A stretch of 64,000 nucleotides of DNA. Origin: an uncultured Candidatus Saccharibacteria bacterium. GTDB taxonomy: Bacteria; Patescibacteriota; JAQUNI01. The position numbers and the translations under genes were made by a program. Shown piece by piece: positions 28,227 to 37,504 of this stretch. Below the pieces are notes generated by a model that worked only from the letters and a program-made list of their open reading frames with translations, was not told the origin of the DNA and did no database searches. The stretch lies in the NCBI GenBank assembly GCA_964555185.1, contig CAZKRD010000002.1, positions 21,646-85,645 on the forward strand, in the 5' to 3' direction. Within the stretch, counting starts at the first letter, position 1, and each line of letters starts with the position of its first letter.

Positions 28227-29315
28227 ATGAAAGAAGCGATTCTTTATCAAAAATTGAAAAAGAACAAGATTCAGTGCAATGTTTGTCAAAGACACTGTTT
28301 AATTTTAGATGGTAAGAAAGGCTATTGCCGTACGCGTTTGAACAAAAAAGGCAAGCTCTATACTCTAATTTACGGCCTTGCTTCTTCGGTTTGTTCCGAT
28401 CCGATTGAAAAAAAACCAGTCTTCCATTATCGCCCGGGGACTCGCGCCCTTTCCTTGGGCACCTGGGGTTGTAATTTCCGTTGTGTCTTTTGCCAGAATT
28501 ACAATCTTACTTATGTTAACGGTAAATCTTTAGAGGATACAGCGCGAAAAGTAAACAAGCTTGAGGAAAAAGTTCAAGAAGAGACAGGGGATTCACGGGA
28601 AATACCGACAGCAGGAATTTTGAAGCCGGAAGCAATTTCCAAACTTGCTCAAAAAGAGAATTGCCAAGGCATTGCCTGGACCTATAATGAACCAGTGATT
28701 TGGCTGGAATATACTCTAGAGGGATCAAAGCTAGCCAAAAGGATGGGTCTTTACACGGTTTATGTGACCAATGGTTATGCAACCACGGCGGCCTTAGACA
28801 CAATCGGTCCCTATCTTGATGTTTGGCGCGTGGACATTAAGAGTATGGAAGATAAGTTTTATCAGGAGATCGCGAAAGTCCCCAAGGTCTCCCCTATTCT
28901 GCAGAGCACAATCCGGGCGAAAAAGAAATGGAAAATGCACGTTGAGGTCGTAACCAATGTCATTCCGGGAATGAATGATTCAGAAGACAATCTTAGAAAA
29001 ACCGCCCAATGGATTTTCGAGAATCTGGGAGCGGATACTCCTTGGCATATCACCCGCTTTTTTCCCTATTTAGAACTAAAACACCTGCCCCCTACTCCGA
29101 TTGAGACTCTGGAGCGTGCCAGAGAGATCGGGCAAAAAGCAGGCTTAAAATTCGTTTATTTGGGCAATTTAGGCAGTCATCCCGGCGAGAACACAACCTG
29201 TCCCAAGTGCGGGGCTTTGGTGATTGAGAGGACGGGTTATCAGGTTGATTTGTTGGCTTTGGATCAAAAAGGAAACTGTAAAAAATGTGGACAGGGGCTT
29301 AATATAGTGAAGTAA
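28227..29315 (+). CDS. amrS: AmmeMemoRadiSam system radical SAM enzyme
   Basis: The CNFRCVFC motif (CxxxCxxC), an N-terminal Cys pair (CNVCQRHC) and a C-terminal CxxC...CxxC. Genomic context with AMMECR1 and Memo-like genes. Confidence 0.85.
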   Translation: MKEAILYQKLKKNKIQCNVCQRHCLILDGKKGYCRTRLNKKGKLYTLIYGLASSVCSDPIEKKPVFHYRPGTRALSLGTWGCNFRCVFCQNYNLTYVNGKSLEDTARKVNKLEEKVQEETGDSREIPTAGILKPEAISKLAQKENCQGIAWTYNEPVIWLEYTLEGSKLAKRMGLYTVYVTNGYATTAALDTIGPYLDVWRVDIKSMEDKFYQEIAKVPKVSPILQSTIRAKKKWKMHVEVVTNVIPGMNDSEDNLRKTAQWIFENLGADTPWHITRFFPYLELKHLPPTPIETLERAREIGQKAGLKFVYLGNLGSHPGENTTCPKCGALVIERTGYQVDLLALDQKGNCKKCGQGLNIVK

Positions 29316-29397
29316 TTCTCAATTTTCAATCAATTTTCAATTTTTTAAACCAATTAAGAAAACCAATGTTTGAAAATTGAAAATTTTCCTACAAATT

Positions 29398-30192
29398 ATG
29401 TTGACATTCGCAAGCATTGCCCCTCATCCTCCAATCATTGTGCCAGAGGTTGGCGGTGAGAATTTAAAGCAGGTAAAAAAGACGGTTCAGGCGATGAAAA
29501 AACTGAACAAGATTTTTGTTCAGAAAAAACCAGAAGTTGTTTTTCTAATTTCACCTCATACGATTGTAAGTGGTGAAGAATTTAATATCTTCATTGATCA
29601 AGATCTGTCTGGTTCGCTTAGGGAGTTTGGCGCGCCCGAGATTCAATTCTCTTTTGGCAGTGAGCCAGAGTTAGCAGAGAAGATCAAAAAACAGGCAAAA
29701 AAAAAGAATTTAATTGTAAATCTCTCTGGATTCTTTGAATTGGACCACGGCAGTCTAGTTCCTTTATATTATCTAAGCCAGGGACATGATCGTTTTCATT
29801 TGTTGGTTTCAAGTTTTTCAATGCTTTCCCTAGAAGATCACTTTCAATATGGTAAGATTATTGGTAAAGCAACAAAGAATTACAAGAAAAGAGTTGCGCT
29901 TGTAGCTTCTGGTGATCTATCGCATTGCCTCTCCCCTACTGCGCCTGCCGGTTACTCACCGGCTGGTCAAGAGTTTGATCAGAAGTTGGTTGATTTGATC
30001 AAAAATAATGATGTTCAAGGAATCCTGAATTTGGATAAGGGTCTGATTGAACGGGCGGGCGAGTGCGGTTTGCGCCCAATTATTATTTTATTGGGAATCC
30101 TTTCGGAATATCAGTATTCTTCAGAGATTTTGTCTTACGAAGGGCCGTTTGGAGTTGGTTACCTTGTGGCTCATTTTCAATTGGAGGACTGA
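29398..30192 (+). CDS. amrB: AmmeMemoRadiSam system protein B (Memo-like / class III extradiol dioxygenase-like fold)
   Basis: ASIAPHPPII, ISPH and SGDLSH metal-ligand-like motifs. Start chosen at the ATG at 29398; the track start at 29377 is a TTG inside a repeat. Confidence 0.8.
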   Translation: MLTFASIAPHPPIIVPEVGGENLKQVKKTVQAMKKLNKIFVQKKPEVVFLISPHTIVSGEEFNIFIDQDLSGSLREFGAPEIQFSFGSEPELAEKIKKQAKKKNLIVNLSGFFELDHGSLVPLYYLSQGHDRFHLLVSSFSMLSLEDHFQYGKIIGKATKNYKKRVALVASGDLSHCLSPTAPAGYSPAGQEFDQKLVDLIKNNDVQGILNLDKGLIERAGECGLRPIIILLGILSEYQYSSEILSYEGPFGVGYLVAHFQLED

Positions 30193-30195
30193 CAG

Positions 30196-30318
30196 ATGAT
30201 TGGAAGAATTATATCCTCAATTCTCGTTTGCTTTAGTTTCTTCCTCTTTTTCTCTTGGCTTTTGCAGTGGCCTGTTGGGTTCTGGAAAAAGATAAGAGAG
30301 ATAACCTGGAAGTGGTAA
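30196..30318 (+). CDS. unannotated small ORF: 40-aa Trp-rich hydrophobic peptide
   Basis: GGAGG SD 7 nt upstream of the ATG and overlapping the amrB stop. It encodes MIGRIISSILVCFSFFLFFSWLLQWPVGFWKKIREITWKW, with 5 Trp and one predicted TM. It is below the 60-aa cutoff of the ORF track. Confidence 0.35.
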   Translation: MIGRIISSILVCFSFFLFFSWLLQWPVGFWKKIREITWKW

Positions 30319-30448
30319 AGAGAAATAGAAGATCTGGAATTTTAGTTTCCTCTCTGTGCTTAGCCCATGCTTTTTAGCAGGGCTTTTTTTGCCCAAAATC
30401 AGGCAAGGTGTTAAAATAGTAATATCTTGATCTCCGAATTTTAACTTT

Positions 30449-30970
30449 ATGAACCCCTATTCTGCTTTAGCTCGCGAAGCGCTCAAAACTTATCTTGAAA
30501 CCGGAGAAATAAGTAAACCGCCTCCGGATTTACCAAAAGAGATGGTTGCAAAAAAAGCCGGGGTTTTTGTTACGATAGAAAGAGGCGAGGAACTGCGCGG
30601 TTGTATCGGCACCTTCTTGCCAGTATATAGCAATATAGTGAAAGAGATAATCAAAAACGCGATTGCCGCAGGCACTCGAGATAATCGTTTTTTACCAATA
30701 ACTATTTCTGAAATCCCGGATTTAAGTTTTACGGTTTCGATTCTGTCTGAACCAAAAAAGGTTGAAGGTTTAGAGGATTTAGACCCCAAAAAATATGGAG
30801 TGATTGTTAAAGGCGAGTCCACCAACCGCCGCGGTCTCCTGCTCCCTGATCTTCCGGGGATTAATACCCCAGATAAACAAGTAACGATTTGTTTGCAAAA
30901 AGGAGGCATTAATCCAGAGGAAGAGAAAATTTCTTTCTATCGTTTTACTGTGAAGAAACACAGAGGTTAA
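30449..30970 (+). CDS. amrA: AMMECR1 domain protein (AmmeMemoRadiSam system protein A)
   Basis: The AMMECR1 hallmark LRGCIGTF, a 173-aa length, and adjacency to amrS and amrB. Confidence 0.85.
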   Translation: MNPYSALAREALKTYLETGEISKPPPDLPKEMVAKKAGVFVTIERGEELRGCIGTFLPVYSNIVKEIIKNAIAAGTRDNRFLPITISEIPDLSFTVSILSEPKKVEGLEDLDPKKYGVIVKGESTNRRGLLLPDLPGINTPDKQVTICLQKGGINPEEEKISFYRFTVKKHRG

Positions 30971-30973
30971 ATT

Positions 30974-32932
30974 ATGCCTAAATACATCAAAGTTGTTTTG
31001 GAAGCGAATATTCCGCCAGCTAAAAATCAGTTGTTCACCTACCACACGGAGGAAAAGTTTAAGATTGGCCAGGAAGTGGTTGTCCCCTTTCGTTCTCGGA
31101 AGTTACGCGGTGTTGTTTGGGGAGAGGAGAGAAGAAAGCCGAATTTTCCCACAAAGAAAATTATTCAACTTACTGATCAGATTCCGAGTTTAAGCAAGGA
31201 GCAAATTAAGCTCGCGATCTGGATTTCAGAGTACTATTATTGCTCTTTGGGCTTGGCCGTAAAATCGATGCTGCCTCGAAGAGTGAAAAGAAGAGGCACG
31301 GATTCAAAAACAAGAAAGCTCAATGATAAGAAAGTCAGATTAACCCCTAGACAAAAGCAGGTTTTAGATACTATTTTGAGGAGTAAAGATAAGACGTTTC
31401 TATTACACGGGGTAACCGGTTCAGGCAAGACCGAGATTTACCTCCGTCTTTGCCAGGAGGTTTTAGGAGATGGCAAACAGGTAATGATTTTAGTCCCCGA
31501 GATCTCTTTGACCCATCAAGCGATTGACTTATTTACTGCCCGCTTTCCCGGGGAAGTTGCGGTGATCCACAGTCGCCTATCTTTTGGCCAGAGGTTTTGG
31601 GCCTGGGAGCGGTTAAGAAGCGGAAAAGCAAAGATTGTGATTGGCCCCAGATCTGCTGTTTTTGCTCCGGTCCGGAATTTGGGATTAATTGTTCTGGATG
31701 AAGAGCACGATTCTTCTTTTAAGCAGTATGATCAGAATCCTCGCTACCACGCGCGGGAAGTAGCCTTGAGATTAGCCAAACTCTTTGGAGCGAAAGTGAT
31801 TTTAGGCAGTGCCACCCCGAGTCTAGAAAGTTATTATCAAGCGAAGAAAAGGGATTTCAAATTATTAGAGTTACCAGAAAGGATTGGCAAGACCAGTCTG
31901 CCAAAGGTGAAAATAGTTGATCTGCGCGGAGAATTTAGGGGAGGCAGCCGTTCTATTTTAAGTGAGAGGTTGAAAGAGAGTTTGAACAAGGTTATTGCTG
32001 GACACAAACAGGCAATCCTGTTTGTGAACAGAAGGGGCGCGGCGACTTTTGTTTTTTGCCGCGACTGCGGTTATGTTTTAAAATGTCCGAATTGTGATGT
32101 TTCTTTGACTTACCATTTAGGGCTGAAAGCAAAATTAACCTGTCATTATTGTAATTTTAACACTGATCCACTCTCCTTTTGCCCTCATTGCAAAAGCCCT
32201 TATATTAAATACTTTGGCCTGGGCACCCAGAGGGTAGAGAGCGAGCTTCGGGCTTTGTTTCCTAGGGTTCGACTTGCCCGTTTTGACCGTGATTCCACCA
32301 AGTTAAAAGACGCGCATAAAAAGATCTACTATGATTTTTTAAATCACAAGATTGATATTTTAGTCGGGACCCAAATGCTGGCCCAGGGCTGGGATTTGCC
32401 AAAAGTTTCTTTAATTGGTATCATATTGGCTGATTCAGATCTTAATCTCCCTGATTTTCGGGCAAGTGAACGGACCTTTAGACTCTTAACCCAGGTGGCA
32501 GGCAGGACCGGCAGAGGTAAAAGCGTGGGCCAGGTAATTCTGCAGACCTATAACCCAGATAATTTCGCAATCAGTCTGGCAGCAAAACATAACTACAAAG
32601 CTTTTTATCGAAAGGAGATTTTAAATCGCGAAGAGCTTTTTTTTCCTCCTGTAACCCAAGCGATAAAGCTTATTTATCGCGGTTATAAGAAAGAGAAAGT
32701 AGAAAAAGAAGCGATCAGTCTGGCAGGGAAGCTTAAAACCGCTATTGCCCGTTTTAAATTAAAGACCATTGTTTTAGGCCCTGCTCCTTGTTTTATCCCC
32801 CGGGTCCGCAGACGTTATCGCTATCATTTAATCTTGATGTTTAAACCGGGTGCTAAGCGAACCAAATCTCGGCTGCTGGGTTTGGTCCCTGCTGATTGGA
32901 TTATAGATGTAGATCCGGAGAGTTTGTTATAG
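30974..32932 (+). CDS. priA: primosomal protein N' (replication restart helicase PriA)
   Basis: Walker A (LLHGVTGSGKTEIY), a DEEH box (VLDEEHDSS) and the Cys-rich zinc region (CRDCGYVLKCPNCDVSL..CHYCNF..CPHC). The gene is 652 aa. Confidence 0.92.
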   Translation: MPKYIKVVLEANIPPAKNQLFTYHTEEKFKIGQEVVVPFRSRKLRGVVWGEERRKPNFPTKKIIQLTDQIPSLSKEQIKLAIWISEYYYCSLGLAVKSMLPRRVKRRGTDSKTRKLNDKKVRLTPRQKQVLDTILRSKDKTFLLHGVTGSGKTEIYLRLCQEVLGDGKQVMILVPEISLTHQAIDLFTARFPGEVAVIHSRLSFGQRFWAWERLRSGKAKIVIGPRSAVFAPVRNLGLIVLDEEHDSSFKQYDQNPRYHAREVALRLAKLFGAKVILGSATPSLESYYQAKKRDFKLLELPERIGKTSLPKVKIVDLRGEFRGGSRSILSERLKESLNKVIAGHKQAILFVNRRGAATFVFCRDCGYVLKCPNCDVSLTYHLGLKAKLTCHYCNFNTDPLSFCPHCKSPYIKYFGLGTQRVESELRALFPRVRLARFDRDSTKLKDAHKKIYYDFLNHKIDILVGTQMLAQGWDLPKVSLIGIILADSDLNLPDFRASERTFRLLTQVAGRTGRGKSVGQVILQTYNPDNFAISLAAKHNYKAFYRKEILNREELFFPPVTQAIKLIYRGYKKEKVEKEAISLAGKLKTAIARFKLKTIVLGPAPCFIPRVRRRYRYHLILMFKPGAKRTKSRLLGLVPADWIIDVDPESLL

Positions 32933-32947
32933 ATAAGTTTTATATTT

Positions 32948-33394
32948 ATGTCAAAACTACGGATTCTAACCGCTCCTGATCCTGTCTTGCGCAAAAAAAG
33001 CGCGGAGGTAAAAGATCCTCAAGACCCTTTTATTCAAAGGTTGATTTTGAATATGAAAGAAACCTTAAAACAGGGAAACAAAGGGATTGGTTTGGCTGCT
33101 CCCCAAGTAGGGGTGAACAAGAAAGTGATTATTATTAAGCTTTGGCACAGTGAATATGTTTTAATTAACCCTCGTTTAACTTACGAATCGCGGGAGAAGG
33201 AGGTTTCTGAAGAAGGTTGTCTTTCCCTGCCCGGTGTTTTTCTAAACATTGAACGGTCAAAAAAGGTCCGGGTCAAAGCCCTGGATCAGGGGGGCAAGAA
33301 AATAAAGATTAAAGCAAGGGGTTTGTTGGCGCGTGTTTTGCAGCATGAGATTGATCATTTGGAAGGGGTCTTAATTACGGATTTAAGTGAATAG
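32948..33394 (+). CDS. def: peptide deformylase
   Basis: The GIGLAAPQ, EGCLS and HEIDHL motifs. Confidence 0.92.
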   Translation: MSKLRILTAPDPVLRKKSAEVKDPQDPFIQRLILNMKETLKQGNKGIGLAAPQVGVNKKVIIIKLWHSEYVLINPRLTYESREKEVSEEGCLSLPGVFLNIERSKKVRVKALDQGGKKIKIKARGLLARVLQHEIDHLEGVLITDLSE

Positions 33395-33452
33395 AAAACA
33401 AGGATTATTATATTAATTTTTTATTTTTTAATTTTTATTTAGTAATCGAAAG

Positions 33453-34397
33453 ATGAAAAGTTTGAATCCAAGAATAATTTTTATGGGCACTTCTGATTTT
33501 GCCCTGCCTGCTTTCAGTAAGCTTTTAGCTTCTTCTTTTGATCTTATTGCCGCTTTTGTAAAGCCAGACAGAAAGGCCGGACGAGGATTAAAATGCTTTT
33601 GTTGCCCGGTTAAAGACTTTGCTTTAAAACACAAAATTCCTGTTTTTCAACCGGAAAGTTTGAAAAAGAAAAAGGTAATTGACGAAATCAGAGAACTAAA
33701 ACCTGATTTGGTTGTGGTTGCCGCCTATGGTTTGCTAATCCCAAAAAAGATTTTAGAGATTCCAAAGAAAGGGAGTCTTAATATCCATCCTTCCCTGCTC
33801 CCTCGCTACCGCGGCCCTTCTCCGATCCAGGCGGCAATTTTGGATAATGAACAAAAGACCGGTGTTTCGATTATGCTTTTGGATCAGGAAATGGATCATG
33901 GGCCTGTCATTTTTCAAAAAGAAATTAAGATTGAGAAAAAAGATAATCAAATTACTTTGGGTAGAAAACTGGCTGGTTTGGGAGCAAAGACCTTGATTCA
34001 GGTCTTGCCTCTATATCTTACAGAAAAGGTGAAGCCGAAAGATCAAGATCATAATAAAGCTACTTTTACCAAGCTTCTGAAAAAAGAAGATGGGAAGATT
34101 GACTGGAATCAAGGAGCAGCCCAAATTGAGCGCAAAGTTAGGGCTTATTTAGGCTGGCCCGGAGCTTACACGAAATGGCAGGAGAAGAGAATCATTATCT
34201 TGGATAGTGAGGTTTTGGCTTCTGACCGCTATCGCGAGAAAAACGGCGAGGTTTTTGAAATTGACAGCAAGCTGCATGTGCAGTGCGGCAAGAATGTTTT
34301 AAAAATAAAAAAACTCCAGTTATCCGGCAAAAAGCCAGTGGCTGGAGCGGAGTTTCTGCGTGGTTATTCGCAGGCCATTGGTTCTATTTGTAATTAA
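33453..34397 (+). CDS. fmt: methionyl-tRNA formyltransferase
   Basis: N-terminal formyltransferase domain (IFMGTSDFA, NIHPSLLPRYRG) plus a C-terminal Fmt domain. It follows def directly. Confidence 0.92.
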   Translation: MKSLNPRIIFMGTSDFALPAFSKLLASSFDLIAAFVKPDRKAGRGLKCFCCPVKDFALKHKIPVFQPESLKKKKVIDEIRELKPDLVVVAAYGLLIPKKILEIPKKGSLNIHPSLLPRYRGPSPIQAAILDNEQKTGVSIMLLDQEMDHGPVIFQKEIKIEKKDNQITLGRKLAGLGAKTLIQVLPLYLTEKVKPKDQDHNKATFTKLLKKEDGKIDWNQGAAQIERKVRAYLGWPGAYTKWQEKRIIILDSEVLASDRYREKNGEVFEIDSKLHVQCGKNVLKIKKLQLSGKKPVAGAEFLRGYSQAIGSICN

Positions 34398-34405
34398 AAC
34401 TATCC

Positions 34406-34603
34406 TTATTCCTCGCAAACTACATAATTCTTAACAGGAACCTGATAGGCTTTCCTGCCGCTTTCCAGATATTGAAGCCAGAGAAAGACCCCAGTAGTCA
34501 TTATGATTGTATCTGCTCTTAAAACCTTGGCCTTGGGTGCATTAGGAGAAGAGTGGTGGCGGACTATTTTCCCGTTCCATTTTTCTAGTTCCCTGTTTTC
34601 CAT
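34406..34603 (-). CDS. hypothetical small protein (65 aa)
   Basis: Strong SD (AAGGAGG, 7-nt spacer) 38 nt downstream of the rnhA stop, so likely co-transcribed. Sequence MENRELEKWNGKIVRHHSSPNAPKAKVLRAD...; no family recognised. Confidence 0.35.
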   Translation of the reverse strand: MENRELEKWNGKIVRHHSSPNAPKAKVLRADTIIMTTGVFLWLQYLESGRKAYQVPVKNYVVCEE

Positions 34604-34640
34604 GTTTAACCCTCCTTTCTTTCTGTTGAACCAGATGATA

Positions 34641-35051
34641 TCAACTCACTTTATCAATCGCTTCATTGACCAGTTTATCGGCTTGTTTGTTCTTCTCGCG
34701 CGGAATGTGAGAGAAGGTGATTTCTGGAAAAGAACAAGCTAAATTTTCTACTTCGGCAAACAAGGGTTTTAACCCTTTGTTTTTTATTCTATAAAATCCG
34801 TTTAGCTGTTTAACAATCAGTTCTGAATCAAGATAACAGATTACTTTTTTAGGATTCAATTTTTTTGCCCTTGATAAGGCAAAAATCAGGGCTTTGTATT
34901 CTGCCTGGTTATTGGTTGCTTTTCCAATATATTCTGAGTATTTTTTGCACTTACTGGAACCGTTACAGATCACGATGCCAATACCGGCTGGTCCGGGATT
35001 GCTGCGCGCCCCGCCGTCAGTATAGATTTTAAGATCACTGTTTTTTTTCAT
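34641..35051 (-). CDS. rnhA: ribonuclease HI
   Basis: KIYTDGGARSNPGPAGIG... (DEDD: D, E, D, D), a 136-aa length, and NQAEYKALIFAL. Confidence 0.88.
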   Translation of the reverse strand: MKKNSDLKIYTDGGARSNPGPAGIGIVICNGSSKCKKYSEYIGKATNNQAEYKALIFALSRAKKLNPKKVICYLDSELIVKQLNGFYRIKNKGLKPLFAEVENLACSFPEITFSHIPREKNKQADKLVNEAIDKVS

Positions 35052-35074
35052 TATATTCCATTTTGTCTATTAGC

Positions 35075-35185
35075 GAGGAGCCCGTCCGAAGGACGAGGCG
35101 ACGAAGCAATCTCATTAGACTGTTGATGTTTTTCGACGAGATTGTTTCGTCGCTCTCCCTCGATAAACTCGGGATCGCTCCTCGC
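35075..35185. repeat. long imperfect hairpin (family D: gcgaggagcccgtccgaaggacgaggcgacgaagc...) between recJ and rnhA
   Basis: Outer stem gcgaggagc/gctcctcgc and inner stem gaggcgacgaagcaatctc/gagattgtttcgtcgctc. A related copy in inverse orientation lies at 48118-48190. Confidence 0.7.
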
Positions 35186-35193
35186 AATGACAT

Positions 35194-36939
35194 TTACTCT
35201 GATATTCTCAAATCAACGACCTTCAGTTGCAGTTTTCGGTTTCCGTTCCACTCATCACTTAGTAATTCATAGACTACATCCATTTTATCACCTGGAATTA
35301 GTTTGTAAATCCAATCGCCCAAATTAAATCCAATAGCATCAAGGATTTTTCCATTTTTATCCCGCAGTTTAAGCTTCAAATGTTTGTTTTCAACACCAAC
35401 TCCCCTAACCTGAAGCAGAGGAGCCTTGGAAGCTAAAAAGCGAGGGACGGGATTACCTTCGCCAAAAGGCTGAAATCTCTCAATTTGTCCAAAAATTTTC
35501 CAGTTTATTTCATTTAAATCAAGGTTCGCATCTATATCCAGGCTCGGCCTAAGTTCTTCCGGTTTTATTTTTTCTCGGGCGATTTTTTCGAGCTTTTGAT
35601 AGAAAAGAGATATCTTAGAGGTTTCCAAGGTGAAGCCGGCCGCTGTTTTATGCCCGCCATAACGGAGCAGCATCTTTTCGCAAAGCCCAAGCGCTTTACT
35701 GATATCAAAAGATTCAATGCTGCGCGCAGAGCCCACTGATTCTTTCTTCCCTCTTTTAATGATTAGGCAGGGCTTTCCGTATTGATCACAGATTCTACCG
35801 GCAACCAAACCAGCAATACCGGAAGACCAGGAGGGGTGGGAAGCGAGGAGCACTTTTTTTCCTTCTGTTTTTCCGATTTGGGCTTCTGCTTCTTGCAAGA
35901 CTCCCCGGGTTAATTTTTGACGCTCCTGATTGGTTGTCTCCAGCTCTCGGGCGAGTTTTTCTGCTTCTCTTTCAGATTCAGTCAAAACAAGCTTAAAAGC
36001 GGTATTGGCGTGCAGGAGTCTGCCTGCGGCATTCAAGCGCGGTGCAATCTGAAAGCCGATACTATGAGTGTTTAGAGGAGAGATTTTAGGCTTCAACCTT
36101 GCTAATTCGAATAGCTTTTTGAGCCCAATGTTTTGGCTCTGGTTTAAGATAATCAGGCCGTATTTAACCAAGACTCGGTTTTCCCCTAAGATTGGACAGA
36201 GATCAGCGACCGTGCCAATCGCAACCAGATCTAGGAGCCATTTTTCAAAAGCCTCTTTTAAAAGCGCGGGCTTTTTTTTATCTTTTTGGAGTAGAGCTTG
36301 AGCCAGCTTAAAGGCAATGCCGACACCAGCCAGTTCTTTAAAGGGATATTTGTCTTTTTTCTGTCTGACATTTAGGATGGCATAAGCGGCTGGCAGTTTT
36401 TTCGGTATTTGGTGATGGTCAGAGACGATGACATCAATTCCAAGTTTGCGCGCCAGAAGCACTTGTTTTATATTGCTGATCCCGCAGTCAACCGTAATAA
36501 TTAGGTCAATTTTTTCTTTGCCAAATTTCTGAACGATTTTTTCATTCAGGCCGTAACCTTCCCTTTGGCGATGCGGGATATAGGTATTTAATCTTTTTGC
36601 CCCGAGGAATTTTAAGGTTTTGTAAAGGAGAGCAGAAGAAGTGATGCCGTCAGCATCATAGTCGCCGTAGATTACTATTTTTTCTTTTTTTTGGATAGCA
36701 CAAAAAATGCGATCAACTGCCCGACCCATATCGCGAATTAGATATGGATCGTAAAGCCCCTCTTTATAATCAGGTTCTAGAAATTTTGTGATCGCGTTTT
36801 TGATTTCCTGCCTGCCGGCAGGCAGGTTGAGATTTCGATTGTAAAAAAGTTGAATAATAACGGGATGGAAATTGGGGAGTTTTTTGGCAAAGTTTTTCGG
36901 AAAGACTTGGGCCAATTTCCATCTTTTTTCAATTTTCAT
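35194..36939 (-). CDS. recJ: single-stranded-DNA-specific exonuclease RecJ
   Basis: DHH motifs (IYGDYDADGITSSALL, DHH) and a DHHA1 domain. The gene is 581 aa. Confidence 0.9.
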   Translation of the reverse strand: MKIEKRWKLAQVFPKNFAKKLPNFHPVIIQLFYNRNLNLPAGRQEIKNAITKFLEPDYKEGLYDPYLIRDMGRAVDRIFCAIQKKEKIVIYGDYDADGITSSALLYKTLKFLGAKRLNTYIPHRQREGYGLNEKIVQKFGKEKIDLIITVDCGISNIKQVLLARKLGIDVIVSDHHQIPKKLPAAYAILNVRQKKDKYPFKELAGVGIAFKLAQALLQKDKKKPALLKEAFEKWLLDLVAIGTVADLCPILGENRVLVKYGLIILNQSQNIGLKKLFELARLKPKISPLNTHSIGFQIAPRLNAAGRLLHANTAFKLVLTESEREAEKLARELETTNQERQKLTRGVLQEAEAQIGKTEGKKVLLASHPSWSSGIAGLVAGRICDQYGKPCLIIKRGKKESVGSARSIESFDISKALGLCEKMLLRYGGHKTAAGFTLETSKISLFYQKLEKIAREKIKPEELRPSLDIDANLDLNEINWKIFGQIERFQPFGEGNPVPRFLASKAPLLQVRGVGVENKHLKLKLRDKNGKILDAIGFNLGDWIYKLIPGDKMDVVYELLSDEWNGNRKLQLKVVDLRISE

Positions 36940-37501
36940 CTTTATCTTTTTTTATAAGGCGTACCCCCCTATCGAAAGCTTTGTAATTTAACGCTTCCAT
37001 CTCTGGTTTTTGCTTAAATTTGTGTCCGAGTTGCTTTTTGATCGCTTGCTTGATCCCTTTTTCTTCTAAAAAAGGGATCAAAGGGATAAGTGCACCCAAG
37101 ATAATTATATTCAGAACCTGTGGTGTGAATTCTTCGGAAGCAATTTTTTTAGCATCAATTGGGATTAGAGACTTTGCATTGGGTAACAGTTCTTTGGTAA
37201 CCTCTGAGCTGTTATAGATGATTCTACTTTGATTGTCAGCATAACGCTTTGTCCGTTCTGTGGAACGTTTACTTAAAAGGACTAAGAGGTCTGCTTTGGA
37301 GAATTTAGGGTAATAAAGGTTTTCTTTTCCGATTTGGACGAAAGCAACAGAAACGCCGCCTCTTTGTTCTACACCAAAATTAGGCAGATAAAGCGCTTTT
37401 AAATTTTTTTGGAAAGCGGCCTGGGCCAAAATTTTACCAATAGTCTGTACGCCCTGCCCGCCCTCACCAGCAATAATGATTTTTAAGATATTATTAACCA
37501 T
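36929..37501 (-). CDS. 2-oxoacid:ferredoxin oxidoreductase gamma subunit
   Basis: Pyruvate/ketoisovalerate oxidoreductase catalytic-domain pattern (IIIAGEGGQGVQTIGKILA). It abuts the beta subunit with a 4-nt gap. Confidence 0.85.
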   Translation of the reverse strand: MVNNILKIIIAGEGGQGVQTIGKILAQAAFQKNLKALYLPNFGVEQRGGVSVAFVQIGKENLYYPKFSKADLLVLLSKRSTERTKRYADNQSRIIYNSSEVTKELLPNAKSLIPIDAKKIASEEFTPQVLNIIILGALIPLIPFLEEKGIKQAIKKQLGHKFKQKPEMEALNYKAFDRGVRLIKKDKDEN

Positions 37502-37504
37502 AAA

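Noticed and set aside
35075-35185. A long hairpin between recJ and rnhA as a unique structured ncRNA.
   Set aside because: A related copy in inverse orientation exists at 48118-48190. It therefore belongs to another dispersed repeat family rather than being a unique RNA gene.
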